A DNA stretch of 63,675 nucleotides, filler included, from Chiloscyllium plagiosum (Eukaryota): NCBI RefSeq assembly GCF_004010195.1. It is 5 parts of one record of this genome, joined end to end, with 100 filler letters (N's around TTAATTAATTAA, not from the genome) between each part and the next. Parts side by side here need not be neighbours in the genome. Positions count along the whole stretch, not along the records: positions 1 to 22,779 come from NC_057712.1; positions 22,880 to 43,520 come from NC_057712.1; 3 more parts are not named here. The stretch is one strand, 5' to 3'. Below, in pieces: positions 12,550 to 24,849 of the stretch; position 1 is the stretch's first letter, and every line of letters begins with the position of its first letter. Position numbers and translations under genes: made by a program. The notes under the pieces were generated by a model. It was not told where the DNA came from and did not search any database. It was given only the letters and a program-made list of their open reading frames with translations.

Positions 12550-13840
12550 TGAAGAGACAGCGTGTATAGAGCGGAGGCTGGAGAGATAGATATGAAGACA
12601 GTTTGCTGTGATGCAGAGAATACAGAGAGAAAAAGTCAGAAAATGGGGGAGAATTAATCAGAGGGCAACAAGGAAGAGAATTTAAATACGGGAAATGCAG
12701 AAACAGCGTGTGGAGAGAGTTCTGATCTTGTAGAGACAAAGAGACATGTATGGATAGAGATGGCGCAGAGACTTGAGTCTTTTGTCACATATTTAAATAC
12801 AATGCATCAATAAGAGTCATCTGAGTAAGCAACAAATCAGACAATGTAACACCACAATGAGAAAACTAAATAAAAAAAACAGATAAAGGATGTAGTGACA
12901 GAGAGACAGAATCAGATTACAGGGAAAGAATATAGTAATAGAGACATAGAGAAAATACAGAAAAAGGGAGAATTCGGGCAGTAACAATATAGTACAGGGA
13001 GAAGTCCAATACATTAGGGAGATGGAGAATACAGAGATAGAGAGAATAGGGAGTGAGAGGATACAGACACAAGGAGAGATAAAATAGGGAGACTGAGAAT
13101 ACAGAAAGAGAGATAGAATACAGAGGCAGAGAGAAGGAGAGAAAGGATTTGGAGGCCAATAGCACACAATACAGAAACAGAGGAAGGATGACATGCAGGA
13201 AGATGCAGAGACAAGAGAGTACAGAGAGAGGTGAGGGAGATCAAATATAAAGAGAGGCAGAGTGAGTGCAGATACAGAGAGGAGTGGTGAGAGTGAATAC
13301 AGGGACAGGGTGAGAGAAAACTGAGGCAGGGGAAAGTGGAAACATAAAGCAAGAGTGAAAACTTGTAGAGACAGAAATTTAAATGAGTTTTGGAATGTGC
13401 TGCCTGGAAGAGAGGTGGACATGGATTTTAGGTTTCAACAGAGATAAATATTTGAAAGTGATGAACTTAAAAAAGTTCCTGAGATAGGGCTGGAGAATGG
13501 GAGTAGCTGAGTATATGTTTTGAGAGCAGGCACAGACAAGATGGATCGAATGGCTTCCTTCTGAACTGTAAAATTCTATAATTTTATATCAGAGAGAGCG
13601 AATACAGCAAGAGGCAAAGTGTGAACGAATAAGGAAGAGAATAGAGTGAATACATAGCCAGGGGAAATAAATACAGATAGAGAGTAAATACGGAGCAAGA
13701 GAGAGAGGCTGAATATAGAGTGAAAGAGACACAGTGAGCGGTGACTGGTGGGGAGAGGAAGGGAGAGATATAGTGATAGAGGTGACAGAACGCGCGGGAA
13801 TGGAGACCGAGAGAGAGTGGGTTATAGCGATGAGTGAGAG
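12550..13840. repeat. GA-rich low-complexity region (AGAGAATACAG-like units) with a CR1 3' remnant at ~13380-13585
   Basis: Strong purine skew with recurrent AATACAGAGA. Confidence 0.7.
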
Positions 13841-13901
13841 TGTTTGTTATTACAGCCACTCTGCGGTCTGGGAAGGGTTTGGACTGCAAGCTCCTCCTTA
13901 C

Positions 13902-14417
13902 CTCCTGGAACAGTTCGAGGCTATAGGTGTTATCATCATCCGCAAAGAAGACGACCCCGGAGTTGCGGAGGGACCTGTTGCGGCGGACCCAGCGCAGTCC
14001 CTCGTTCCTTTGCTCGGTGGCTCGGGGCAGCCCTGGGCGCTTGTACCTCCGGGGGGTTGGCACATGGAGTTGAGTGTAGGACAGTACTCCCGAGTGGGCC
14101 AGCAGCTCGGTGACCAAGCGGCTGCGGAAAGCGGAGTCCTCCACCAGTACCCAATGGAAATGGGGCAGCTGGCGGAAAGTATTGGCCAGTCTGGTCAGCT
14201 CAGCTTTCTGCACCGGTCTGCTGTAGGTCGGCGTAATGGCATAGATAGTGGGGATGGACTGGTTGGAGAGGGAGTCTGGTTTAAGAGTCCTGCTCAGCTG
14301 ACCTGGGGGTATAGGGCTCCGGACAGAGAGTCTCCCTGGCTCGATATCCACCACGACCAGGATAACGAGCAGCCAGGGCAGCATCAGGAAGAGCCGAGCA
14401 ACCACCGCGGATTTCAT
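13902..14417 (-). CDS. B3GAT2: Galactosylgalactosylxylosylprotein 3-beta-glucuronosyltransferase 2 (GlcAT-S), first coding exon, 172 codons
   Basis: MKSAVVARLFLMLPWLLVIL (type II TM anchor), PTIYAITPTYSRPVQKAELTRLANTFRQ, PTPRRYKRPGLPRATEQRN, GVVFFADDDNTYSLELFQE (GT43 DDD motif), ending at phase-0 donor GAG|GTAAG at 13902/13901, matching the human exon 1 boundary as I recall it. Confidence 0.95.
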
Positions 14418-14606
14418 CGCGTGTCCACGATCGCAGGGAAAGCCAGGCTGCTTGCAGCGAGCTTCATCATATCTTCCCTTCGAACAAAGGAGCGGCGATG
14501 AAACTGCCCCGGACGCTGCTCTCAATGCCAGCAATGAGTGATACACCAACCCCACAACAACGCTGCACTTCACCCGCCTGCTGCAGGAGCTGTGCCAACA
14601 CCTCCT

Positions 14607-14625
14607 AACACACACACACACACAC
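14607..14625. repeat. (CA)n microsatellite upstream of the B3GAT2 start
   Basis: ACACACACACACACACAC. Confidence 0.85.
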
Positions 14626-15984
14626 GGGGTAGGGGGGTGGGGAGAAGAGGGGGTGGAGAGACAAAAAATCGGAACGACAGCAGGTTGGAGATAGTGGGGT
14701 TGGCGAGGCGGAAGCGGTCATATATAGACAGGGGGATGTGATGTATAGACAGAAAGAGAGAAGTTTGGAGATACAAGGAGGGATGGAGATAGAGTTGGGG
14801 AAAGCGGGTGGACAGGCTGAGTGGAGTTAGAAATGAAAGAGAGAGGGATAGAGAAAAGGAATGAGTAGTGGGAGAAATTTGGTTTGCTGTGCCCAGCTCG
14901 TGGCCGTGCCATATGAAGAGGGGCAGAATGAAGAAATACCTGTCTTTGGCTCATCGTCCAACATTGCAGAGGGTCATCTTCAAATCCTAGCTGAGTTGTG
15001 CAGCGAACACCAACAGAATCTGCCATTTCTTTTCTGAGGTAGGTGTATCAGCATTGCCCTGGAAAACACTGAGAACTTGGATTTGTTTCTAATTTTGTTT
15101 TCCCCCCAGAAGGTTCTGTTCAGATCATTAGATCATGAAATCATACAGCACTGAAACAAACCCTTCAGTCCAACTCATCCATACCAACCAGACATCTCAA
15201 TCTGACCTAGTCCCATTTGCTTTTGGCCTATTATCACTCTAACTCCTCCATATTCATTTACCCAGCCAGGTGCCTTTTAAATGTAGTAATTGAACTCACC
15301 CCCACCATTTCCGCTGATAGTTGATCCATTATTACACACGAAAAATTTAAAAATGCACCGTTGTGACCTCCAGATTATCAAATAGACAGAGGCACTGGAG
15401 GCAGTGCAAATTTAAAAACAAATGTGAGGTTAACATCAGAACTAAAGTTCCATCCTTTCAGACTATTGACCAAGTGGGGCTCTTCTTCTGAAATCACAAG
15501 AGGGCAAAGAGGTGACCATTCTTTCAAAATATGGAAATGTTTGCGAGGGTGGAAATAGAGGTGCTCCCATCTCTGTGGAACCCTGAAATGAGGATCATAA
15601 ATATAAGATACTCCTGAATAAGTCCACTCTTCAGGCTAAAGAGCGCTGAGTCATAGGTACCTGCTGTCATAAGAAATCAGTTGAGGGAAACCTTTGAGGA
15701 GTGGCCACATGAGCAGAGAAAAGAAAAAATAGGAGGAGGCTCACATGAAATTTTGTTGGGCTGCATTCCACATCATTCCAAGATGTTCATCAGAGAATGA
15801 GTTTGTAGCTGTCCATTAGGATGTTTCTGATGTGGTTGTCAAAGGTTCCTAATGATTGTTAGTGCCTGTGCCATGTGAGCAATACATTCAAAGCAATGTA
15901 ATGACCAGTCAACAGACCACCCCATTAGCCCATTCATGGACAATGACCTTTATAATGTGTTCATGTAATAGGCATTGTTGAAAT

Positions 15985-16506
15985 TGAAGCTTTTTGTCTT
16001 ACACTCATCAGGACAGGTAAGCAAGAACAGACTTGATATTGGAATACCAATTTACACAGCACTGGAAGAAGGTCCTGATTGGTTAGGCCATTGTTGCCAT
16101 GGAGATGCTGCAGGAATTGTTAATTGACGATCTTCACTCTCAGACTAGGTCAGTAGACTGATTGGTTAGGGTGTTGCCATGGAAATGAAGCAGCATTTGT
16201 CAGTTTCCATGACCTATTTTTAAATCATTCATGAAAAGGAAACCCCTCAGCATTTGCCTTAATTTTTAAGGGGGAAAACGAATCATGGAGACTGTGAATC
16301 TCTGCTGCATTCTCATGGTGACATCCTGACTAATCAGTGTTTACCTACTGGTCTGAGAATTAAGATTGATCATTACAGCGTCTCCAGGCAATGGTGGCCT
16401 GACCAACCAGTATCCTCTTCTCATAATGTATAAATTAAAACTTCCTTTTTACCAAATCTGTTTCCTACATCCTGATTCTGACAAATGCAAGAGAAAAAGA
16501 TTTGAC
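15985..16506. mobile_element. Old imperfect fold-back element with decayed hammerhead-like cores at both ends (probable PLE terminal-repeat derivative)
   Basis: 15985-16196 aligns by eye to the reverse complement of 16303-16506; minus CTGATGA-GTGTAAGAC-AAAAAGCTT at 16011-15987. Confidence 0.6.
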
Positions 16507-18084
16507 TTTGTGTCTCTTTTTAGGGATGTTTAAGCTTCACCAATTATCTAAGGTACATTGATACTAAAATACTCTTGTAACAGAATTTTACATAGGTGCA
16601 GGAAACTGGTGCATTATCTCAAACTACAGTCTGATCATTCGTCAGTGACATTTTCTGGGACTAAGCTGAATGTGCAGTTAGGCCATCTTTGCAGTATGAA
16701 TGGAAATGATAAATGAATGTTCCTAAGTTTTTTTTGAGATTTATCTGAGCAGAACTTTATTTTTGAATGTTTTCCTTTATATTGTGACTCAATGTTAGCT
16801 AACAGATCCAAAACTTGTCAAAGGCATTGAAATGCCAATTGACAAATTAGAAGGGGCTCTTGTGGTGTGGTGGTAGTGTCCTTTCCTCTGAGGTGGAAGA
16901 TCCAGTTTCAAGTCTCACCTGCTTCAGAGGTGTATATTTTATATTTCTTAGCAGATTGATGATAAATGTCTAGATAGGGTCACTATGTACAATGTCAACA
17001 TTTCACACCATTGCAGAGCTATTTATGGCACCAATGTAGGCCAGACATCAACTCATTCAATGTGCTGAGAAGGAGCTTTTTCTGCCACAAACTGACATGT
17101 GAGTGAGGAGGATTCTTGCTGCTATGGAAGCAAGAAGTATTCAAATATCGGTAGTACAAATGGAAAATCCCAAGGTTACTCAATATGTCTGGCAGTATCA
17201 TTGGAGAGAGAAATACACAAAGTTAATGTTTCATGTCTGTAACCTGTCATCAGAATGCCAGATATTTGTGTTAGCTTTAACTAATGACTCTGGAACCAAG
17301 GCTGACCTTGTTATAAGTTTCTTTCTCTGATGCATAGAGGCACTAATAAAAACATGCAGTGCATATCCAAAAATGTGGCTGCAATTACCATGTCATAACG
17401 TAAGCCCTCCAGCGTTTCAGTGGAGTTTGATCTTTATTATTTTCATGGGATGTGAAGTTGAAGAAAATGAATGGATATTCTTGTGAAAAGTATATTCTCT
17501 TCAGTCTTATATTTTGTGATGAATGAAGTGTATGTTTGGAATCATGCCTCTGATCACTAAAGTGCTCTCTGCTCTGCCACACAGATGGGAGAAAGCACCT
17601 GGAAGACTGTATAAGGTTTATGTACAGTGACTCCAGTCAAAATGTGGATGTTTGTATAATTCCCCTACCAAGCATTCCTGGAGATGACTTTTGTAAGTCA
17701 GCGAGATAGATTTTACTCTCTCAGTTCATGTAATGTTGTTGTCTTGCAGTCAAAGCATTCTTGTAGAAATAATCCTGCTCTTACTGGGATTTGTTGTTGG
17801 ATGTTCATTCACAAGTTTTGTTTGCTGTCGCCCACAAACATTCTATTAAATAAACTCTGCTGTTTATTATAAATGACTTGCTTGTTGTGGCATACTGTTT
17901 CAATAGACATTGTGAGTACACTTTGACTTTATTTGCTTTGAGTCCTGCCATAAGTTCTGCTGATTTGTCCCATCAATCCAGAGACAATTTGATGTTAATG
18001 TTCCTCTATTAACTTGGTAGGAAAAGTTGGGCATTAGATTGTAACAGTGCTGAAGCTGAGATAATAAAGGGCACAAAGCCTTTG

Positions 18085-18997
18085 ATTCCAAGATGGCAGC
18101 AGGGTAGCAGGTCTGCATGTGGGCTCTAACCTGGGTCTCATCTGCTCCTATTCGCTTTCTTGCTCTTCTTTCTATTTGCACTTTTTCTTTTTCTCTTGTT
18201 TTTCTTTTCCTTGGTGAGTTAGTCAGCAGCGTTAGTACAGCAGTGAGAATAGGCCATGGGCAGAATGGTGGCAGCCTCCTGGCAGTCGGAAACAGCAGTT
18301 TGTGTTGGATGCAGCACCTCACAGCAATTTGATGCAGCAGCAGCAAGGAAATCCTCACTGCTTTTGAGACGGTGGCAGTGGACTCTTCAAGATGATGTTG
18401 CCAGCAAGGTGACATCTCTGAGGAGGGCAGTTGCAGCCGGACTCTTGGTGTAGTGGCGGCCTGACCTGGCACTGGAGCCAGGCACTCCTGGTTGAAGTGG
18501 GCCCAGAGCAGGGGCTCCCGGCATTGGCGAGGCAGCATCTGTAGCCACAAGGTGTATGCTGGAGAAGGGACTCCTGGCATCAAAGCAGGAGCAGAGCCAA
18601 AGACTCCTGGTTGTGTTTGCAGTAGGTCCAGAGTAGGGACTCCTGATTATTGGTGAGACTGGGGATTCCTGGTTACAGAGTAAGTGTGAGTTCAGTATGG
18701 AACTCAGCGAGGTGGGCCCAATGGTTGAAGAGATGATGCCTTAAGAATGGTGACTCCTATGATGGTGGGTTCCACATAGATTGGGGTGGGGGGGGAGGTG
18801 TAGGGGTTGTATCACTAGTGAGCTGACTGAGGGCCCACAGTGGAGGTGGTGGAATGAAGTTAGACTCTCTTTTAATTACTTTTTTACTCTTATTTTAAAA
18901 TATTTAATTGTGGATTGTGGTGACAATTGAAGCTTTTCACTGTATTTTAAAACGCAAGTGACAATGAATCATTCAAATTCAACAAATTCAAATTCAA
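18085..18997 (+). mobile_element. Unclassified non-coding retroelement-like sequence
   Basis: Starts CCAAGATGGC, internal GGGACTCCTGG repeats, ends GTGACAATGAAT plus (ATTCAA)n tail; similar tail at 43965-44052. Confidence 0.45.
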
Positions 18998-19330
18998 TTT
19001 TGAAAATTACCAGAGTATCAGTAAGATACCATGGCAGGTTACCTGCAAGCTTTCCCTTTCACTGCCACTCCTGTTGACACTTCTCAAGGGTGAGTAACAC
19101 TGCATGCATTGTTCCAATTGCTCATTGACTTTGTTTCTCATTACTAACCTCCACAAGATAATTTACAGGATAAGTTGCTGCTGTTAAATCAAATCACATT
19201 GCTTTAAACTAGCAGGTCCCTCGAGTGAAAGCTAATGATGACTGAAGAACCTTGCATTCCAAGGGTTTCTTTTTATCAACTACCCAGCTATCATCAGATG
19301 CTGCATTAAAATTTTGCTTGCATTGCTTTT

Positions 19331-19930
19331 GTGACAATGTTTTCACTTTAAATGGTTATTTTGTCCTTTGTTTTTTGAAAAGAGGCTGTAAGGAAGAGTT
19401 ATCAATAAACAACTTGCGAGGTCTTTAGGTTTTTATTAAGTTGAAACAATGGAAACAAGCTGAATGGGTGTGGCCTACTCTCACAGATCCAGATTTCTGG
19501 GTTTTGTTTTGTTTTGGGGTCTCAATAATTTGGAAGCTTCAGTAAATGTCTCTTGGCTGCTACACTCTCTGAATTTTCTCTTGATGTTTCTTCCTTCTGA
19601 ATTGGAGAACTGCATGTAGGAATCTGTGTCTGAACTTGCTTTATGCCAAGGGGTGTTTATGGAATTTTACTATATTTACTATCTTACTATTATTAATAAT
19701 GAGTACTGTATCTATTATACACTTAGGTGTTCCATTAGTTAAGTTATTCTAAATTCCTTTCTTCTGTTTGTATTTTAACTATAATGTTTAAATAAATTGT
19801 GTTTTCCTTACTATCAATCATTTGCTTAATGAGACCAGTTGCTTCACATCTGGAACACGTGTACTTTAAAAAGTTAGGGGCTAGGCTACTTTTTAAAAAT
19901 ATTTTGGGAGGTCTGGGCTGGTCCATAATA
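19331..19930 (+). mobile_element. Possible solo LTR
   Basis: Begins TGTGAC, ends GTCCATAATA, AATAAA at ~19791; resembles the TGTTATG..CATAACA LTRs in overall layout only. Confidence 0.35.
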
Positions 19931-20559
19931 CTTTACATGTTTATCAAAGTGAGTCCATATTCTGTGATATTAAGTATCTTCATGTGAGTTAATAATAAAA
20001 ATTATTAGTTAGATCCATTGCTTCCCTAACTCTTTAATTTGGAGACATTAAACATACCAAATAAAATACATTCCTTGGCATTACAGCAATTGTTAACCAA
20101 AGAAGTAATCAGGGGAGTATTGTCCTGACCTGGCACAGTGTGCCTGTTCTTGTTTCTTTATAATGACACACTATAATAATCAAAACTCCATCAAGGCTCC
20201 GCTTTTAAGACTTGGTTTGCATGAAATGATTTTTTATTAAGGTGATGCATTCTTTTAATCTTTAAGGTAGGTTGTCACTGGTGAATGTTGCACTTGGAGC
20301 TGAGGTTCTAATGAGATTTGAGATTAAAATTGTACATTTTGTTAGGTATTATTATGGTGCAACTCAACTCTGGGTACCATATTGCATCTCCTTCCTGCAG
20401 CTGCACCTTCCTTTAATTATTGATTTATTTTTCAAATAAATGCAAATACTAGGTTAAGTCAGGCAAGTTATTTGCTGCATTATCTTGAAGCTGGACTTTA
20501 CTGTGGCGTTACCTGTCTGTACACAATGCAAAGATATTCGGTTTCAAAGATTTAGCTGA

Positions 20560-22000
20560 AACACTCACTGGGGAAGCAGTTAGCTTAGTCTGCAGGAAGT
20601 GATTGGAAGACAGAACAGCAGTGGCACAGTAAGGTGTAAAACTCACTGAGCTTGGAGATCGTGGCCTAGTCTGCGGGGAGCAGTCGAAGGATGGAAAAGC
20701 AGCAGCACAGTGAGGTATAAAACTCTGAGAAAGTGAGGACTGCAGATGCTAGAGGTCAGAGTCAAAAATGTGGCGCTGGAAAAGCACAGCAGATCAGGCA
20801 GCATCTGAGGAGCTGGAGAGTTGACATTTCGGGCATAAGCCCTTCATCAGGTCAGAGGGTGGAACAGCAGCAGCACAGTGAGTATAAAACTCTGGGCAAA
20901 TTGTAGCTGCAAAGAAATGTAGCGTGATGTCACAGGGAAGCTGTGGCTTCAACCCGATTGGCTAGGAAATCTGAGCTAAATTTGAAAAAATGTAGTGAAG
21001 AAATATTAAGAAATTAACTAACTCATTTATATAAATTAATTAAGTAGTAGAAATGGCTGGACAGGTGATGTGTTGTAGCTGTATGATGTGGGAGCTGACT
21101 GATCCCATTGCGAGCTGCAGCGACCACACCTACAGCAAATGTTGGTTGCTGGTGGAACTCTGGCTCAGGATTGATGAGCTGGAATATGAGCTTCAAACAC
21201 TGAGGCGCATCCAGGAGGGGGCGAAGTACTGGACACTTTATTTCAGGAGGCAGTCACAAGGATCACAAATTCGGTCAGTGATCAGGGACTACAGGATGTG
21301 TTTGCAAGTGAGGCAGGTAGGAGGATCCTGAAAACAGGAACAGAGGAGCAAAGCTCTTGACCTTGTCGGATGGCTACGAGTACTGTGTGGATGAGGAAAA
21401 GGGCCGCAGGGAGGATAAACCAGCTGACCACGGCACTAGAGGGGAAGGCAAAAAAACAAGTGGTAGCTGTACATGCTTACAAAGGATACTATTCTACAAT
21501 TATGGGGACAGATAGTATCCTTTGTAAGCATGGTCGAGAGTTCCACATGGTATGTTGCCTACCCGATGCCAGGGTGCAGAACATCTCTGACTGGCTTGAA
21601 GGAATATTGGAGAGGGAGGGCAAGGATCCGGTTGTTTGGTTCACGTTGGGAAAACAACATAGGCAAGGCTAGGAAAGAGTACCTGTTTGGAGATTATCAA
21701 ACACCAGGAATGAAATGAAGGAACAGGTCCTCAAGGGTTATAATCTCCACATTACTACCCGAGCCACATGCAAATTAGTTTAGGAATAACAGAATTAAGG
21801 GAGTAAACACATGGCTAAAAGAGTGGTGTGGGAAAGAGAGGTTCCATTTCATGGGACATGAGCATCAATTTTGGAACAGGATGGATCGGTACTGATAGGA
21901 TGGTCTCCACCTGAACCGAGCTAGGGCTAGTGTTCTAGTGAAAAGCATAAATAGGGTGGTCACTAGGACTTGAAACTAGTGAATCGGGGGGAAGGGAAGG
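20560..22000 (+). mobile_element. CR1-type LINE 5' UTR and decayed ORF1 (zinc finger/leucine zipper plus SGNH esterase)
   Basis: ~78-bp UTR repeats at 20563/20641; MAGQVMCCSCMMWE...LRIDELEYELQTL at 21053; VCCLPDARVQNI and DGLHLNR esterase motifs. Confidence 0.8.
20727..20851 (-). mobile_element. PLE family B terminal-repeat fragment with hammerhead motif
   Basis: GACATTTCGGGCATAAGCCCTTCATCAGG = minus CTGATGA-A-GGGC(TTAT)GCCC-GAAA-TGTC. Confidence 0.8.
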
Positions 22001-22024
22001 GAAGGGGAAAGCATTAGGAAATAT

Positions 22025-22779
22025 GAGCAGCAGCTAAGGTAAGACAGTTTGTTTTAAAATTACTTACCGGTAGTGGGCAGCGGTGTTTTTTTCTCTCTTT
22101 ACAGAAAGAGCGGGAGCAGCAGGGGGAAGTGACGAAGACCAGAGGGGCAGCCGGGAAGGAAAGCAGTGAGTATAAACACTCACCCTTCGACGCCAACGGT
22201 CACTTTGAGTGCGAGCAGCAGCTAAGGTAAGACAGTTTGTTTTAAAATTACTTACCGGTAATGGGCAGCGGTGTTTTTTTCTCTCTTTACAGAAAGAGCG
22301 GGAGCAGCAGGGGGAAGTGACGAAGACCAGAGGGGCAGCCGGGAAGGAAAGCAGTGAGTATAAACACACACCCTTCGACGCCAACGGTCACTTTAACTGC
22401 GAGCAGCAGCTAAGGTAAGACTATTTGTTTTAAAATTACTTACCGGTAGCGGGCAGCAGTGTTTTTTTCTCTCTTTACAGAAAGAGCGGGAGCAGCAGGG
22501 GGAAGTGACGAAGACCAGAGGGGCAGCCTGGTAGGTTTTGTTTCCCTTTAAAAGCGCACAGGAGAAGAACCCGAGGCACTACAGAGGTAGTGTCTCCCAC
22601 CCGCCCTCCTCCTCTAACCTAAATAATAAGACCCGTTGTGGTAAGTAGGTAAGTGCTGCATTTTGCTTGTTGTATTCTTTAGACCCAGTTTTTTTTATAA
22701 AAGGTTACTTTCAGAGGGATGGCAGTGAAGGCAGTGCAATGTTCCTCTTGCAACATGTTTGAGGTGAGGGATGCCATGG
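22025..22779 (+). mobile_element. Young CR1-type LINE 5' end: ~2.7 x 188-bp tandem monomers then ORF1 start
   Basis: Near-identical units with period 188 (GT at 22039, 22227, 22415); ATG 22719 gives MAVKAVQCSSCNMFEVRDAM (ORF1 CxxC), cut by gap. Confidence 0.8.
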
Positions 22780-22879
22780 NNNNNNNNNNNNNNNNNNNNN
22801 NNNNNNNNNNNNNNNNNNNNNNNTTAATTAATTAANNNNNNNNNNNNNNNNNNNNNNNNNNNNNNNNNNNNNNNNNNNN

Positions 22880-23537
22880 TTGGGCTTTTCGAATTTATCC
22901 TCCCTGGACATGCATGGGAAGAGACTATTTTCTATTCTCTCTTTCTGTGCAAGGAAAAATATTTTGGTAAACTCGGTGGCTGAGGGCCCCCCTGGGCTTT
23001 TAAATTGGCACAGATTAATTATGGAATGTATTCCCCTTGACTTCCTTACAAATATGGTGCACCGAAAGACCGAATTATTTTATAAAATATGGCAGCCCTT
23101 CTTGAATTATATGAATACAGATATTTCGGCTATCCTAACAAGGGCTTTGATTTAATTGAGATTGTGAACCTGGCTGGTCCGGGCCCCTTGGGAGAGGAAT
23201 CCCGCACAAATTTGGGTTTTGTTACATTTGATGTTAACACATTCCGAGCATGCATCTCACTACCCAATTTCTATGTTATTCGCTGTTTTTTTTTCTCTCT
23301 TTCTCTTATTTGAATTATGTAAGATACTTAAGTATATACTCTGGTTAGTTATAGGTTAGATTAGTAGTTAGTTGAGTTTTGTTTGTTTTCCCCTCGGTAT
23401 TTTTCTTTTGTTAAATTTTGGTTATTATATATTTAAGATTTAATTGTATATCAATGTTTGTACTTGAGAGTTTTGTTTATTTTTGTAAACTTGTAAAAAT
23501 GTTAAATTTGTAATAAAAATATCTATACAAAAAAAAG
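22880..23537 (+). mobile_element. L1/Tx1-type LINE 3' end
   Basis: ORF2 C-terminus ...ARKNIL..W..FYKIWQPFLNYM, T-rich 3' UTR, AATAAA at ~23512 and poly(A). Confidence 0.75.
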
Positions 23538-23689
23538 AAAACATGGTTAAACAGGGCTGAGCTATTTATTATAGGAAACAGTAAGAGTGAGTCTGACAGT
23601 CCAAAGAAAGCACAAAGTGGTCTTTGCACAAGGAGACCAAGTGATGAAAATTAGGCAGCAATGCAATATTAAATATTATAAGACAGCAG

Positions 23690-24760
23690 ATTATGGAAAT
23701 AGTCATAGTCAACATCAGCCTTTGGTCCAATTTGTCCATGTTTCCCAAACTAAATTAGTCCCATTTGCCTGCATTTAGTCTATATACCTCTAAGTCTTTC
23801 GTATTCATGTACCTATTCCTCTGACAGTTCATTCCACATACAAACAACCCTCTGTGAAAAAGTTGCCCCTCAGGTCCATTTTAAATCTTTTTCCTCTCAT
23901 GCTTTCTAGTTTTGAACTCCCCTACCTAAGGGAAAAGACATTTGCCGTTCACCTTATCTATACCCTCATGATTTTATAAACATTTATAATCATCACCCCT
24001 CAACCTCTTACTCCCCAGGAATAAAATGTACCAACCTACCCAGCTTCTCCTTATAACTCATACTCCCTGTCCCAGTAACATCCTTGTAAATCTTTTCAGC
24101 ACCCTCTCCAATTTAATAATATCCTTCCTATAGTAGAGCAACCAAACTGTACACAGTAGATTAGATTAGATTACTTTACAGTGTGGAAACAGGCCCTTCG
24201 GCCCAACAAGTCCACACCGACCCGCCGAAGCGCAACCCACCCATACCCCTACACATCTACCCCTTACCTAACACTACGGGCAATTTAGCATGGCCAATTC
24301 ACCTGACCTGCACATCTTTGGACTGTGGGAGGAAACCGGAGCACCCGGAGGAAACCCACGCAGACACGGGGAGAATGTGCAGACTCCACACAGTCAGTCG
24401 CCTGAGGCGGGAATTGAACCCGGGTCTCTGGCGCTGCGAGGCAGCAGTGCTAACCACTGTGCCACCGTGCCGCCCACCAAACTCCAAACATGGCCTCACC
24501 AATGTCCTTTACACCCGCAATATGATGTCCCAACTCCTATACTCTATGGTCTGAGCAATGAAGGTGTGTGTGTCAAATGCCTTCAAACCACCTTGTCGAC
24601 TTTCAAGGAACTGTGTACCTGAACCCCTAGGTCTCTCCAAAACCCTATCATTAAATGTGTAAGTCCTGCCCTTGGTCTTCTCACCCAAGTGCAACACCTC
24701 ACATTTATTTAAATTCCATCTGAAACTTCTTGGCCCATTGCTCCTATGATCAAGATCCCT
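23690..24760 (-). mobile_element. CR1/HER1-type LINE 3' portion, interrupted by HE1 SINE
   Basis: MLHLG, IEYRSWDI motifs; CR1 3' UTR. Confidence 0.75.
24158..24477 (-). mobile_element. HE1-type SINE, full length
   Basis: Reverse complement of GGCGGCACGGTGGCACAGTGGTTAGC head and (TAATC)n tail. Confidence 0.9.
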
Positions 24761-24849
24761 TTATGCAGATGTTCTTTTGACATTTCCCATGAAAATGGGT
24801 GTGTTTCTAGTCAATGAATTACTTGTGAGTAATGTTACATCCAGGAATG

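Noticed and set aside
12817..13422. Hydrophobic Leu/Ser-rich ORFs resembling membrane proteins
   Set aside because: Translation of CT-rich low-complexity sequence
13584..14621. 345-aa ORF as a complete single-exon protein
   Set aside because: Similarity to B3GAT2 starts at MKSA (14417) and ends at the splice donor (13902); the rest is UTR and intron read-through
22025..22530. Regular repeats as a CRISPR-like array
   Set aside because: Whole 188-bp units repeat with no unique spacers, and they lead into a LINE ORF1
22780..22879. TTAATTAATTAA centred in a 100-bp N run (also 43521-43620, 51873-51972, 61964-62063)
   Set aside because: Identical six-frame-stop linker between 44 Ns on each side; an assembly spacer, not biology
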